Source: a virus. Taken from it: a stretch of DNA of 64,000 bases. A model generated the notes under the pieces. It had not been told where the DNA came from, ran no database searches, and was given only the letters and a program-made list of their open reading frames with translations. Numbering within the stretch: position 1 is the stretch's first letter; every line of letters starts with the position of its first letter. Of the stretch, positions 37,179 to 46,515 are shown piece by piece. The position numbers and the translations under genes are program-made. The DNA is taken from the IMG/VR virus record IMGVR_UViG_3300036828_000547, positions 1 to 64,000 of that record; one strand, 5' to 3'.

Positions 37179-38104
37179 AAATGAATATTGTCATATCATC
37201 CGGCCATGGTAAGCTCGTTCGCGGTGCGAGCGGCTATATTGATGAGGTTGATGAAGCTCGCAAGGTTGTAGAAAAACTAGCGGATAACTTATCAGATATT
37301 AACATCAATGTTTTAACATTTCATGATGATACATCGACCACACAGGATGAAAATCTGAAAACGATTGTAGATTTCCACAATAGCTGTCAGCGTGATTTAG
37401 ACGTGTCTGTACACTTTAATGCTTACGAAACTACAAGTGAGCCAATGGGAACTGAGGTATTATATGTCACACAAGGGGACCTCGCGTCGGAAATCGCGCA
37501 GGCGATCTCGAAAGCCGGGAGGTTGCTTAACAGGGGTCCTAAGAAACGCTCTGACCTTTATTTTCTTAATAACACCAATGAACCAGCCATTCTGATAGAG
37601 GTTTGCTTTGTCGATAGTTCTGCTGATACAAATACATATCGAACTCATTTCAAAGCAATTTGCAGAGCTATCGCAGATGTTGCGAGACCAACTGATCCAA
37701 ACATACAGATCAATAACCCGGCTCCTGTACCGGAAAACCAGAAAGATATCATTGCTTCTGTGTTTGGCGGTGAAGATGACTATAATACTTCTGCTTATGA
37801 TCCTGACAAAGTTCTTAATGATACAGATCTATATGTTGCGTTGCCAGATAAATTTATTGAAGAAAGGCCTCTTGTCAGGGTGTATAACCCGCAGATAAAC
37901 GAATTCGCAACAGCAGAAATCTTGGACGTAGGGCCGTGGAATACGGACGATCCATATTGGGATAAGGGAACACGTCCACAAGCAGAATCTGGTACTGATA
38001 TGACGGGTCGCACAACGAACGGTGCCGGGATAGACCTATCCCCGGCCTTAGCCAAGCTTTTGAAGATAGATGGGATGGGTATGGTCGACTGGGAATTTAT
38101 CTAA
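37175..38104 (+). CDS. endolysin: Amidase_3 plus C-terminal DPBB/RlpA-like domain
   Basis: ISSGHG..E, SVHFNA, AILIEVCFVD; DVGPW...IDLSPALA. Confidence 0.85.
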   Translation: MKMNIVISSGHGKLVRGASGYIDEVDEARKVVEKLADNLSDININVLTFHDDTSTTQDENLKTIVDFHNSCQRDLDVSVHFNAYETTSEPMGTEVLYVTQGDLASEIAQAISKAGRLLNRGPKKRSDLYFLNNTNEPAILIEVCFVDSSADTNTYRTHFKAICRAIADVARPTDPNIQINNPAPVPENQKDIIASVFGGEDDYNTSAYDPDKVLNDTDLYVALPDKFIEERPLVRVYNPQINEFATAEILDVGPWNTDDPYWDKGTRPQAESGTDMTGRTTNGAGIDLSPALAKLLKIDGMGMVDWEFI

Positions 38105-38123
38105 TTGGGGGAGGAATTAATGA

Positions 38124-38378
38124 ATGATAAACGCGGGAATAACCTCTTTGGTCGTTTATCATTTACTCATGATGCATTTGCCGGGAGGGCGACCGATTTA
38201 TATCAATCCAGGTGAAGTAGTGATACTACGTGAACCTCCGCATCCGAAGCAGGGTTATGTGCATGAGGATACGATGTGCGTTGTGCAGACTACAGATGGT
38301 AAAAACACCAATGTGATCGAGACCTGTGAGCAAATTAGGAAACAGATTGAGGAAATCAAACAGAATGGGAACAAATAA
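38124..38378 (+). CDS. small protein with FlbD-like pattern
   Basis: PIYINPGEV...TTDGK...VIETCEQI; GGAGG RBS. Confidence 0.6.
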   Translation: MINAGITSLVVYHLLMMHLPGGRPIYINPGEVVILREPPHPKQGYVHEDTMCVVQTTDGKNTNVIETCEQIRKQIEEIKQNGNK

Positions 38379-38381
38379 CCT

Positions 38382-38465
38382 ATGCTGGCGCCGAAGGACG
38401 CCATACTCGTTAACTTCGGGCTGTGGGTTATAGTAATTGTGATTGTCTGGTATATGGTGTCATGA
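38382..38465 (+). CDS. 27-aa single-TM peptide
   Basis: MLAPKDAILVNFGLWVIVIVIVWYMVS*. Confidence 0.45.
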   Translation: MLAPKDAILVNFGLWVIVIVIVWYMVS

Positions 38466-38551
38466 ATAATAATGGTGTGATTTGGTCGTTAATCGGTGCA
38501 GCTCTGGTTTTAATCGTGTTTCTTTGGTTATGGGCGGCTTTTGTACATTAG
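38462..38551 (+). CDS. 29-aa single-TM peptide
   Basis: MNNNGVIWSLIGAALVLIVFLWLWAAFVH*; ATGA overlap. Confidence 0.45.
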   Translation: MNNNGVIWSLIGAALVLIVFLWLWAAFVH

Positions 38552-38568
38552 AAAGCTATTTTCAGCCC

Positions 38569-38649
38569 CTACGGTGCCCCGTGGTGCGTTATTTCTGGGT
38601 GCCCGCTAGGGTAGTAACCCCCCTTGGTTCCGCCTACCAGTGGCCTTTA
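38569..38649. repeat. dispersed spaced-motif element, copy A (copy B at 45167-45249)
   Basis: shared blocks CCCGTGG, TGCGTT-13-CGCTA, CCAGYGGCCTTTA. Confidence 0.55.
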
Positions 38650-38708
38650 AAACGCGTGAACTTATTGTCCAGCAAAAACAAGGGGTTAGCCCCTCTTTAA
38701 TCTTCCCA

Positions 38709-38927
38709 TTACTTCAACCACCCTTCCTTCCTCCAGTGATTATATAATAGACATGCTCCCTGGGCAGACATCCCAATAATAGGCCCTATCGTTCGCCATT
38801 GCAGCCTTTCTTCATCTCTTAGGCGGGCGATCTCTAGTAGCCTTTCAGGATTTCTCGGTGCGCCGTGTGGGTATCTACTCACACGGCTTTTCTTTTTTGG
38901 TGGTGATAGTTCAGTTATATCAGCCAT
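38709..38927 (-). CDS. small HTH DNA-binding protein
   Basis: IARLRDEERLQWRTIGPIIGMSAQGA HTH pattern. Confidence 0.6.
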   Translation of the reverse strand: MADITELSPPKKKSRVSRYPHGAPRNPERLLEIARLRDEERLQWRTIGPIIGMSAQGACLLYNHWRKEGWLK

Positions 38928-40390
38928 TGCTTGAATGCATCTCCTTGTAGGGTTGATGCCATATTAATCTTTTTTCTAAGCACTTGAATTAATCGTTCGT
39001 CGATAGTACCTTTGGTACGTAGATCAATATAAGTCACATATTTAGTTTGGCCAATGCGATGAGCTCTGTCTTCGCTTTGCTGGCGGTCTTCGTTATCAAA
39101 TGAATTTGCATAATAAATCACTAAATTACAACTCGTCCACGTATTTCCAAACTTGCCGACACTTTGATTACTCACAATAAACCTGCACTTGTCATCATTC
39201 TGTATTCGATTCCGAGCTACTAGTCTTTCCTCTAGCTTTGTTTCCCCCCAATAGCAAACGGTACTGTCTTCACCAAACTCTTCACATAACCTATTCGCAA
39301 TCTTACGTAAGGCTTGTGGATATGGTGCCCATATTATAGCTTTACCAGCGTATTCATGCAATATTTCAACAACGGCCTCAGTACGATTTTCTGGAATATC
39401 GTGTAATGTCCCATCTTCCTGACGAATATGCCCACACAGAATATGCTGCATTTTTCCTAATTGGTCAAGCTTCATAGTGGCTGTCGCATAGCTATTTTCC
39501 GAGAGTTTTGTCATGGCGATGTCACGCATCTCCCGGTAATTACGCTCCTGCTCCGCAGTAAGCTCGACATCCCAAAACTTATAGATCTTTGGTAATAGAT
39601 CTAAGACTTCATCCTTGGTAACACGGTAACTCTTTGTCATAATTTTTTGATTAAGTTCATTTAAATTACGGAACTCAACGATAACCGGTGCCTTACGAAA
39701 TGGTCTGTCATTGTTGCGAAGGTGTGCAGGTCTGAAATCTATTTCTTCAACTATAGCATAACGATTTCTAAAACCGTAGAAGCTACGTTGACCAATAATT
39801 TTCCAGTCTAAAAAGTGATATTGAGAGTATAGGTCCATAGGAGATTCTGGAGCAACTAGGCCAGATAATATGCGCCTAGTAACGAATCGATGTGCCACAT
39901 CACGAAGTAGAAATTCAGTCCTCTTTGCAGATTCATGAGCTATGGTTGTGGACTCATCAATAACTCCTATGACTTTGCGACCTTCAACAAATTTAAGGAG
40001 ATATAGTCGCGCAGCACCTGGACGATTCAGTGCTTCTATATTCATAGCAAGGAATCGTGGTACTGTGGCATGAAGCAACTGCTTCGTAGCTGACTGCTGC
40101 GCGGCGGTACCACCGCTCACCCATGGTGCAACAAGAATCTTATCTTTCCATTCATCAGAAACCCACTTATCTAATTCACCCGGCTCCTCGTCAGTACCGA
40201 TCCAATTCATATAACAGCCTTTAGGAGCCAGTACCACAAGGTCATCAGCCAGTCCCGCCGCAATTCGGTTCAACCAGTCATCAATAACAGGTCGTGACTT
40301 ACCGGTGCCCTGCTCCATGATCAAGGCATAGTTTTCATGACTTAATAATAGATCTTTGGCTGTTAGTTGGTGCTTGAAATGTGGGTCCAT
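38915..40390 (-). CDS. SNF2-family helicase
   Basis: MEQGTGKS, IDEST, QSEDRAHRIGQ. Confidence 0.9.
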   Translation of the reverse strand: MDPHFKHQLTAKDLLLSHENYALIMEQGTGKSRPVIDDWLNRIAAGLADDLVVLAPKGCYMNWIGTDEEPGELDKWVSDEWKDKILVAPWVSGGTAAQQSATKQLLHATVPRFLAMNIEALNRPGAARLYLLKFVEGRKVIGVIDESTTIAHESAKRTEFLLRDVAHRFVTRRILSGLVAPESPMDLYSQYHFLDWKIIGQRSFYGFRNRYAIVEEIDFRPAHLRNNDRPFRKAPVIVEFRNLNELNQKIMTKSYRVTKDEVLDLLPKIYKFWDVELTAEQERNYREMRDIAMTKLSENSYATATMKLDQLGKMQHILCGHIRQEDGTLHDIPENRTEAVVEILHEYAGKAIIWAPYPQALRKIANRLCEEFGEDSTVCYWGETKLEERLVARNRIQNDDKCRFIVSNQSVGKFGNTWTSCNLVIYYANSFDNEDRQQSEDRAHRIGQTKYVTYIDLRTKGTIDERLIQVLRKKINMASTLQGDAFKQWLI

Positions 40391-40410
40391 ATTCCTGCCC
40401 GTGTAGGTCG

Positions 40411-40797
40411 CTATTTTCCGTTTGGCTTCTTTTTAGGTCTGCGCTTTTTCTTCAGCCCCTGCTTCAATAACCAATTGGCTTGCTTCTCAATTTCCTTTTC
40501 GTAATCCAGTTTGGTGCCAGAAGCTTTGACGAACCCAACGACCACTTGGCCGTCAGGCTTTAATTCATCCCGGCGCACGTAGCCAAGAGCCGCAGCGACT
40601 TGCGTAATAGTGGCATTTTGCGGACGACGAACCCCACCATCAAACCATCCATCGAATGTGCTGGCAGTGACTCCTGTTATTCTTTCTGCTCGTCCATTGG
40701 TTAGTTTTTCATCGCTCCTAACCATAGTCTTTGCAGCATATAGAATAGGGTCCTTATCCAGGAACCGGTAATTGCGGTAGATGCGGACTTTAGCCAT
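40411..40797 (-). CDS. XRE-like HTH regulator
   Basis: TGVTASTFDGWFDGGVRRPQNATITQVAAALG. Confidence 0.65.
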   Translation of the reverse strand: MAKVRIYRNYRFLDKDPILYAAKTMVRSDEKLTNGRAERITGVTASTFDGWFDGGVRRPQNATITQVAAALGYVRRDELKPDGQVVVGFVKASGTKLDYEKEIEKQANWLLKQGLKKKRRPKKKPNGK

Positions 40798-41209
40798 GCT
40801 TCGCCGCCTTTCTAGCTGCCTGATGGCGTAACCTATCCTTCATCTTTTTGGTGAGGACGTAGCCATCTCCTGTGTTTTCGACTAGGCCCTCTCCTTTATA
40901 AGTAAAGATAATAGAATGCACTGAATTTGGTGACCTACCATCGTCTTCGAAAGCTTGACGAAGGGCTGATGCCTGTTGTGGTTTTCCTTTTGCTAAAAGC
41001 TTGATAAGGAAATCCCTGCCAGTTATCCCGAATACCTTCTTTGGTACTCCAACACCAGCATGAGGTTTACCGGAACCATTTGGCTTTGGTTTGGTATCTC
41101 CCATGTCAAGATCTAGTTTGGCTACTCCTTCTAAATTATGCAGTAGGCGCATCACGCGTCCTACAGCTACTTCCTCCACCTCGATGGATATAGAGAATAG
41201 TTTAGGCAT
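40790..41209 (-). CDS. putative DNA-binding protein (winged-helix-like C-terminus)
   Basis: AAAGGAG RBS; GRSPNSVHSII...GLVE..GDGYVLT. Confidence 0.6.
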   Translation of the reverse strand: MPKLFSISIEVEEVAVGRVMRLLHNLEGVAKLDLDMGDTKPKPNGSGKPHAGVGVPKKVFGITGRDFLIKLLAKGKPQQASALRQAFEDDGRSPNSVHSIIFTYKGEGLVENTGDGYVLTKKMKDRLRHQAARKAAKHG

Positions 41210-41241
41210 TCGGTTTTTATCTCCTTTACTCTAGTATGTTA

Positions 41242-41277
41242 GTAAAGTATTTTAGCACGCCGGTATAATGAATGCAA
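41242..41277 (-). promoter_or_regulatory. sigma70-type promoter followed by ACTTTAC box
   Basis: TTGCAT-17-TAAAAT then ACTTTAC. Confidence 0.7.
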
Positions 41278-41283
41278 CTTGCT

Positions 41284-41709
41284 TTAAAACCTGACTTCTA
41301 AAGTTAAGATCTTTGAAATTTCATCCCAATTCCAGTTGCTCGGTCCTCCTCCCCAACACATTGCAGTTGTTCCATTCAACCCATCATAATAAAGAGCTTC
41401 AGCTTGGTCGCCAGACATGAGCCACAACTCATCCAGATGATTATACTTTACGGCTGAAGGAGTACGACGCACAGCGATCCACGCGTTGCCTCCATACCGG
41501 CAACGACGCATGAGCCATGCAACTTGTAGTGGTTTGATTACAACAAAGAAGATTGTGGTTTGTTTGAATTCTATCCAACCTTGAATACCGGTTGGTGTAC
41601 AGAATTCAGAATCAGGGACGCCACTGGCAGTCCCGGCAGTCTCGATACTGGACCATTGCCATGCCTTAAATTTTTGACGAAATAGTGGTCTTAAGCCACC
41701 ATCCTTCAT
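41284..41709 (-). CDS. PD-(D/E)xK nuclease (VRR-NUC/Holliday junction resolvase-like)
   Basis: IET...SGVPD....WIEFK...PLQVAW. Confidence 0.8.
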   Translation of the reverse strand: MKDGGLRPLFRQKFKAWQWSSIETAGTASGVPDSEFCTPTGIQGWIEFKQTTIFFVVIKPLQVAWLMRRCRYGGNAWIAVRRTPSAVKYNHLDELWLMSGDQAEALYYDGLNGTTAMCWGGGPSNWNWDEISKILTLEVRF

Positions 41710-42491
41710 GACTGTAAGATAGAATCCAATGTAAATTTTAGGTCTTCGTCAAGATTAGATTGTCCCCTTAGCCATTGAAGATAGTCTCTAGGGATCTGAC
41801 TAAAGTCAGTCCCTTTATGCTTACCGAATCCAATGTTTTGTAATCGTTGTGGAGTATTTGCAATCCGATACAATTCTTCTGGAGAATGTTTCTCTAGCAT
41901 TTTTTGTAAGATACCGACAGTTGTTGCAACATCATAAAGAGCTTGATGCGGAGCTCTTTGTTTGATAGTTGGTGCCATTCCCAAATTTGGTTTTATCCCA
42001 AGCCAATAGCGAAGAACTTGATTAGCATGACCGGGAGCTTCTGGCCAGATTCGTTTAGCTATGCGAAGAGTACAGATCCATGGGTTTGTAAGTTCTGGCA
42101 AGAATTTACGATCAAAATCTACGTTATGGGCAACTAAGAAAGAATCTGGTTGGATCTCATTTAAAAGATCGGCCACAGCTTGTTCTCTTAGTATAGCTCC
42201 ACGTTCTGCGGTTAAACAGTCGGCTCTAATGTGATGAGAAGCTTGTGCGCGTGGATCCATTGGGCCAGAATATTGAATATAGTTTTCGTATGCAGAAGAT
42301 GTCACCCAATTGGCTCCATCTAGTGATACTACCATCCACGCTAATTCAATCATTTGACCTCCTGATTCAGGAAGGCCAGACGTTTCTGTGTCTAGAACAA
42401 TTAGTTTCATGTCCGGTGCCTTCGCCCATTCGCGCCATGAATTTATGTCGCTTTCTACATGAGGCCAATCAATAAATTGGTTCATGCTCAT
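41706..42491 (-). CDS. DEDDh 3'-5' exonuclease (ExoX-like) with DUF3820-like C-terminus
   Basis: LDTETSG, VAHNVDFD, HQALYD, FGKHKG...IPRDYLQW. Confidence 0.85.
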   Translation of the reverse strand: MSMNQFIDWPHVESDINSWREWAKAPDMKLIVLDTETSGLPESGGQMIELAWMVVSLDGANWVTSSAYENYIQYSGPMDPRAQASHHIRADCLTAERGAILREQAVADLLNEIQPDSFLVAHNVDFDRKFLPELTNPWICTLRIAKRIWPEAPGHANQVLRYWLGIKPNLGMAPTIKQRAPHQALYDVATTVGILQKMLEKHSPEELYRIANTPQRLQNIGFGKHKGTDFSQIPRDYLQWLRGQSNLDEDLKFTLDSILQS

Positions 42492-42495
42492 AAAC

Positions 42496-42527
42496 CAAAA
42501 AGAACCCCGCTAGAAATCTAGCGGGGT
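42496..42527 (-). terminator. intrinsic terminator
   Basis: ACCCCGCTAG-ATTT-CTAGCGGGGT then TCTTTTTG on the minus strand. Confidence 0.75.
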
Positions 42528-42535
42528 CCAATTGA

Positions 42536-43024
42536 TTACTCAGCAGCGGCTTGCTTCGGTTCAGACTTCGCAGCCTTTTCTGGCTTGGCTGGCGGCTCAG
42601 GAATCGGAACAACCGTTGGGCCGATGTTGATGAGTTTGCGATTTGGATCTGTATCCCACCGCAAGTCAGCATATACCTGACCAACTGTACGGTTCCAAGG
42701 TTCAGCAGTCATTTTGTCAATGTATGTTTTCACCGTCATCCCGTTCACATATTCATCATAGCGTTTGCCAGATTCACGAATCTTGGCTTTGGGTCTGAGA
42801 ACCGTGATAACATGGGTCTCATCAAACTTGGGCAGACGAGGACGTGAAACACCGGTCTTCGGCTTTGCCACCTTTTTCTCTTTCTTCGGCTTCTCACCCT
42901 CTGTCGCTGGAGCAGATGCCGCAGCCGGTGCTGATGCACCCGGCGCTGATGCTGATACTGGTTTTGATGCTGGATGGACTACTCCAGGTGCAGGAGCAGA
43001 ACTAGGAATACTAGGATTTGCCAT
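42536..43024 (-). CDS. putative abundant DNA-binding protein
   Basis: AAAGGAGG RBS; Ala/Pro/Lys tails; RYDEY.NGMTV..Y...ADLRWD core. Confidence 0.65.
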   Translation of the reverse strand: MANPSIPSSAPAPGVVHPASKPVSASAPGASAPAAASAPATEGEKPKKEKKVAKPKTGVSRPRLPKFDETHVITVLRPKAKIRESGKRYDEYVNGMTVKTYIDKMTAEPWNRTVGQVYADLRWDTDPNRKLINIGPTVVPIPEPPAKPEKAAKSEPKQAAAE

Positions 43025-43133
43025 ATAAAACCTCCTTTACATATACGACAACAATATGCTTAACATACTTTTTGACAGAATACAACCCATGATTGATATA
43101 ATAATTTTTCTTTTATTGTCCAAAATAAAAATA

Positions 43134-45134
43134 TTATTTCTTTAAGTCACCCCATGATTTACCGATCTTAATGTCTGTTAACATTGGGATAGTAATAGAT
43201 GGCACTGCTTTCTCCATTATCTCTGCACAGAGCTTGGCATGAGCTTGGTTACTGAAACTAAAGCATAATTCATCATGAACTTGCAACAGTGGTGTGAATC
43301 CTGCGTTATGAACATTAACCATCGCTTTCTTAATTTGTCGTGCAGCATCCCCTTGTATTTTTCGATTGAATGATTTGTGTGTGAATGAGCGTCTAAGCGC
43401 ACTGTTATGCCACGGATGTTCTGGATCATTAACTCGTTGTAGAGCTTCTTCATGTGAGCATGAAAATGTATCAATCTGCTTATTTGGGTATCTCTCTTGA
43501 TACCAACTGATATCAAAATTACGATATTCTGCTGGTTCCCACAAATTAAAATGACTTCGTGCTCCATCTATTAATTCAATATACCCTTGTCGTTTTGCCA
43601 TCCATGTATACTCATTATAGGCTTGACGAACAAATGGTAGTCTTTCATCATACTGTTTTAATGTAGATTCAGCCTCAGTTTCATCCATACCAGTCATCAA
43701 GGCAAACTTTCCAACACCGGCTCCATAACTGACTGCGAAGTTAACATCCTTGGCTCGTCTGCGCTCTAGACGAGTTATGGATGCTACATAATCATGAAAA
43801 TCAGTATTAGGATCATTGCGATACATATCCGCAGCTTGTTTCGCACCCCTCGCCCGTAACTTTTCAGCGACATAAACGATAAGCCGATATTCCTGTTGCC
43901 GGTAGTCAATGCTGCACCATTCCTCACCATCCTCAGGTTCAAAGCAAGATCGTATGAGCGGAGCCCACTCTTCATCCCGGCTAGGCATTTGTTGAAGTGG
44001 TGGATCAGAATAACTAAAGCGATGACTTCTTGCGCCACCACTTTCACTTCTAAATTGATTAACTGTTGGATAAACACGACCTTTATGGGCATATTCACAA
44101 ATATAGCCTAACAGAAACTTTTCTGCCAGTTCTGTATCATGTTTAATCTTGTGTATAAGCCGAGGAAATTCTTCCTTATAGCTTTCCATCACTTCCTTAC
44201 TGAAACTCGGATTGCCGCGTGCAGTTCGGAAGATTAAAATACCTCTTTTTTGAAACTGTTCAGAGAGCCATTGACTCTTACGTATTTCTTTGATTGTAAC
44301 TTTATTACCTGTTTCCCTACTGAGCTCATTTAGTTTAACTTCACAATTTGCCGATATACTCTTAGCTAATTTCCTAGCTCTATCTGTATTGACTTTCACC
44401 CCACGTTGTTTCATCTTCAGCGTGATAGGAAGTAAATCACGTTCGATTTGATATGCCTCGTCTAAGTATTCTGCTGATAACTGTGGCCGCAGCTTTTGAG
44501 CCAGACCCAATGTGCTCATTGCATCTTGTTCGGAATACGGTCCTACATATCTACCCGGTAAACGCCACAGACCCGCTTTTCCGGTGGCTGAATAAGCCAA
44601 TCCGGCTAAGTTTAATAATGATTCATCTTTACCGGGTAGTCCTTGCCATTGACATAGATTCTCTAGGCTAAATGAAAATTGGTTTTCATCTAGCATGGCG
44701 GCCATTGCTCCCGTGTCATCTAATAATTTGGGTGGCTCCAAACCAAAGGTGGCTTGAATCCATCCCCAATCGTATTGAAAATGATGGAATATAAATCGTG
44801 TTTGATTTTGTGCTCTAAGACACTTGAGCCAATCATAAACCTTATTATGATCAAAGCATTTTGTTTCTGGATGGCGTAAAGGGATATAGATTGATTGATC
44901 TCGCCATGCAGCAGATATTCCACAAATGTAACCAGTTCTTAAATTAGTTCGTTCATATTGGTGAAATCCAGGACCTAGGTCTTTGGCTAAAAGATCGTCA
45001 CGAGTCTCTGTATCAATGGCTACCTCAGTTTCCCGGCTAAGGTCAGGAAGCTGTTCTGGAGATTGCCAGTCACTATCAGGTGTAAATAAGGGAAGTTGAT
45101 CTGGTGAGGGTTTTCCCTTGCTTATTTTTGCCAT
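43134..45134 (-). CDS. DNA polymerase, family A, with 3'-5' exonuclease
   Basis: AIDTET; motif A DYRQQEYR; motif B RRAKDVNFAVSYG; motif C QVHDEL. Confidence 0.95.
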   Translation of the reverse strand: MAKISKGKPSPDQLPLFTPDSDWQSPEQLPDLSRETEVAIDTETRDDLLAKDLGPGFHQYERTNLRTGYICGISAAWRDQSIYIPLRHPETKCFDHNKVYDWLKCLRAQNQTRFIFHHFQYDWGWIQATFGLEPPKLLDDTGAMAAMLDENQFSFSLENLCQWQGLPGKDESLLNLAGLAYSATGKAGLWRLPGRYVGPYSEQDAMSTLGLAQKLRPQLSAEYLDEAYQIERDLLPITLKMKQRGVKVNTDRARKLAKSISANCEVKLNELSRETGNKVTIKEIRKSQWLSEQFQKRGILIFRTARGNPSFSKEVMESYKEEFPRLIHKIKHDTELAEKFLLGYICEYAHKGRVYPTVNQFRSESGGARSHRFSYSDPPLQQMPSRDEEWAPLIRSCFEPEDGEEWCSIDYRQQEYRLIVYVAEKLRARGAKQAADMYRNDPNTDFHDYVASITRLERRRAKDVNFAVSYGAGVGKFALMTGMDETEAESTLKQYDERLPFVRQAYNEYTWMAKRQGYIELIDGARSHFNLWEPAEYRNFDISWYQERYPNKQIDTFSCSHEEALQRVNDPEHPWHNSALRRSFTHKSFNRKIQGDAARQIKKAMVNVHNAGFTPLLQVHDELCFSFSNQAHAKLCAEIMEKAVPSITIPMLTDIKIGKSWGDLKK

Positions 45135-45166
45135 GTACCACCCCTATTAAGATGCCTCTAGGAAGG

Positions 45167-45249
45167 CTAGCGTGGCCCGTGGGTGCGTTTTGAACCGGGG
45201 TGCGCTACCATGCCCTAGCTAGGTGCGACAGGCCATCCAGCGGCCTTTA
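45167..45249. repeat. dispersed spaced-motif element, copy B (in the polymerase 5' leader)
   Basis: shares blocks and spacing with copy A. Confidence 0.55.
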
Positions 45250-45256
45250 TTTGGCT

Positions 45257-45285
45257 ATCGTAAAGCATTTTTCCATGAATTGCAA
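45257..45285 (-). promoter_or_regulatory. sigma70-type promoter for DNA polymerase
   Basis: TTGCAA-17-TACGAT; spacer overlaps ATGCTTTAC. Confidence 0.6.
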
Positions 45286-45301
45286 GCATCAGCATATGCG
45301 A

Positions 45302-45324
45302 TCTGTTACACTGTACACTTACAA
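45302..45324. repeat. 23-bp inverted repeat, left arm
   Basis: TCTGTTACACTGTACACTTACAA is the exact reverse complement of 46431-46453. Confidence 0.95.
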
Positions 45325-45338
45325 GCCCGTTGCAGCTT

Positions 45339-46412
45339 TTATTGTTCCTTGTCTTTCTTATCTTTTGTCACCACCTTTAGCGAGGGCTTTGATGGTTTTA
45401 GATATCTACGCCACATCTCTTCGAAGTCTGCACGGATATAGCATCGTTCTAGCCGCCTATATTCAGACCAACGTGTAGGTTTATTTTTGATTTGAAAATC
45501 ACTAAGTATATGAGCTAGTATGGTCAATGTTAAGCGTGACCATTCGCCTAGACCATTATCTAACTTAAATAGTCTGGCTAGAAGTGTATGACTGGGCAGC
45601 ACTTCAGCTTGTGCTTCATCAAACACTATACGCACATCATGCAGCAATTCTAATTTTCTATTGGTGGGGGCATCTTCTTTAGCAAATTGAATTGCAGCCT
45701 CACGTGCTATATCCCCACGGCCTAATGCATTTGCAATAGATATCAGTACGCGCCAGTTTTCTGCCCCACGACCCTTTGTGACTATTGGCGGCATAGTGGG
45801 GTCTAGATTCAAGTTAACTAGTTTGCTCTTAACCTGTTCGGCCCACTGTTCGATTTTTATTCCTATATTAGCTAATTCTTCAGCATAAGTGATACTGCTG
45901 AATCTCATTTTTGAATAGGAACGGTGCATACGGATAATAACTGAACGTGATAAAAGTGGGCCGGGTAAAGAGCCTATTCCTGCAAGAGCAACAGGGCCAA
46001 AAACCGGAAATAAAATCATTTCCCCATCTATCTTGCGTGGTACAACTCCATCCCTTCCATGGCCCGCGTTTAAAATACCTCTCAGGTCTTTATCCATACG
46101 CACATTATCGACTTCATCAATAAGTAATGTATGGCTCTGTGAGAAATGGTATATGGTTGACCTTGGATCTATAAGTAGTTTTGGCTTCCAAGCCATCCCT
46201 AGAAGAATTTTTAGGGCTGTGCTTTTTCCAGTCTCTTCTACCGGGCTAAGAATTGCAAGTCTAGGAGACACATCAAATTTATTATAGATGTGTGTGTGGA
46301 AAGGCCATAGCGCCATTCCAATTAGTTGATGAGGTTTTGCATCAACATGTCGTTCAAGAAAACTATGAACAAGACCAAAGATATCCTCTTCTTTTTTGAC
46401 CTTCCTTTTCAT
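45339..46412 (-). CDS. DUF3631-type AAA+ ATPase (putative replication helicase/initiator, no primase domain)
   Basis: SPRLAILSP..TGKS, LLIDEVD, GILNAGH, ALAGIG.LP..L.SRS, WRVLISIA. Confidence 0.75.
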   Translation of the reverse strand: MKRKVKKEEDIFGLVHSFLERHVDAKPHQLIGMALWPFHTHIYNKFDVSPRLAILSPVEETGKSTALKILLGMAWKPKLLIDPRSTIYHFSQSHTLLIDEVDNVRMDKDLRGILNAGHGRDGVVPRKIDGEMILFPVFGPVALAGIGSLPGPLLSRSVIIRMHRSYSKMRFSSITYAEELANIGIKIEQWAEQVKSKLVNLNLDPTMPPIVTKGRGAENWRVLISIANALGRGDIAREAAIQFAKEDAPTNRKLELLHDVRIVFDEAQAEVLPSHTLLARLFKLDNGLGEWSRLTLTILAHILSDFQIKNKPTRWSEYRRLERCYIRADFEEMWRRYLKPSKPSLKVVTKDKKDKEQ

Positions 46413-46430
46413 AAGTAACCCCTAACGGTG

Positions 46431-46453
46431 TTGTAAGTGTACAGTGTAACAGA
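46431..46453. repeat. 23-bp inverted repeat, right arm
   Basis: TTGTAAGTGTACAGTGTAACAGA. Confidence 0.95.
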
Positions 46454-46469
46454 CCTCCTCATGGTTGCC

Positions 46470-46514
46470 TGTAAAGCATTTTACCATACCCAAACAGGAG
46501 GTACAAGTTTGATT
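46470..46514 (-). promoter_or_regulatory. sigma70-type promoter with upstream AATCAAAC and downstream GCTTTACA
   Basis: AATCAAAC-TTGTAC-17-TAAAAT-GCTTTACA. Confidence 0.7.
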
Positions 46515-46515
46515 A

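Noticed and set aside
38676-38690. IHF- or dif-like site AAACAAGGGGTTA (ACAAGGGGTTAGC also at 55850-55862)
   Set aside because: Mismatch to WATCAANNNNTTR, no XerC/XerD arms; also explicable as a weak hairpin or -35 flank.
38482-38700. 72-aa plus-strand ORF
   Set aside because: TTG start, no RBS; overlaps the better TM micro-ORF and the non-coding element.
45200-45478. Plus-strand ORFs across the promoter and inverted-repeat arm
   Set aside because: No RBS, antisense to the operon, overlapping regulatory signals.
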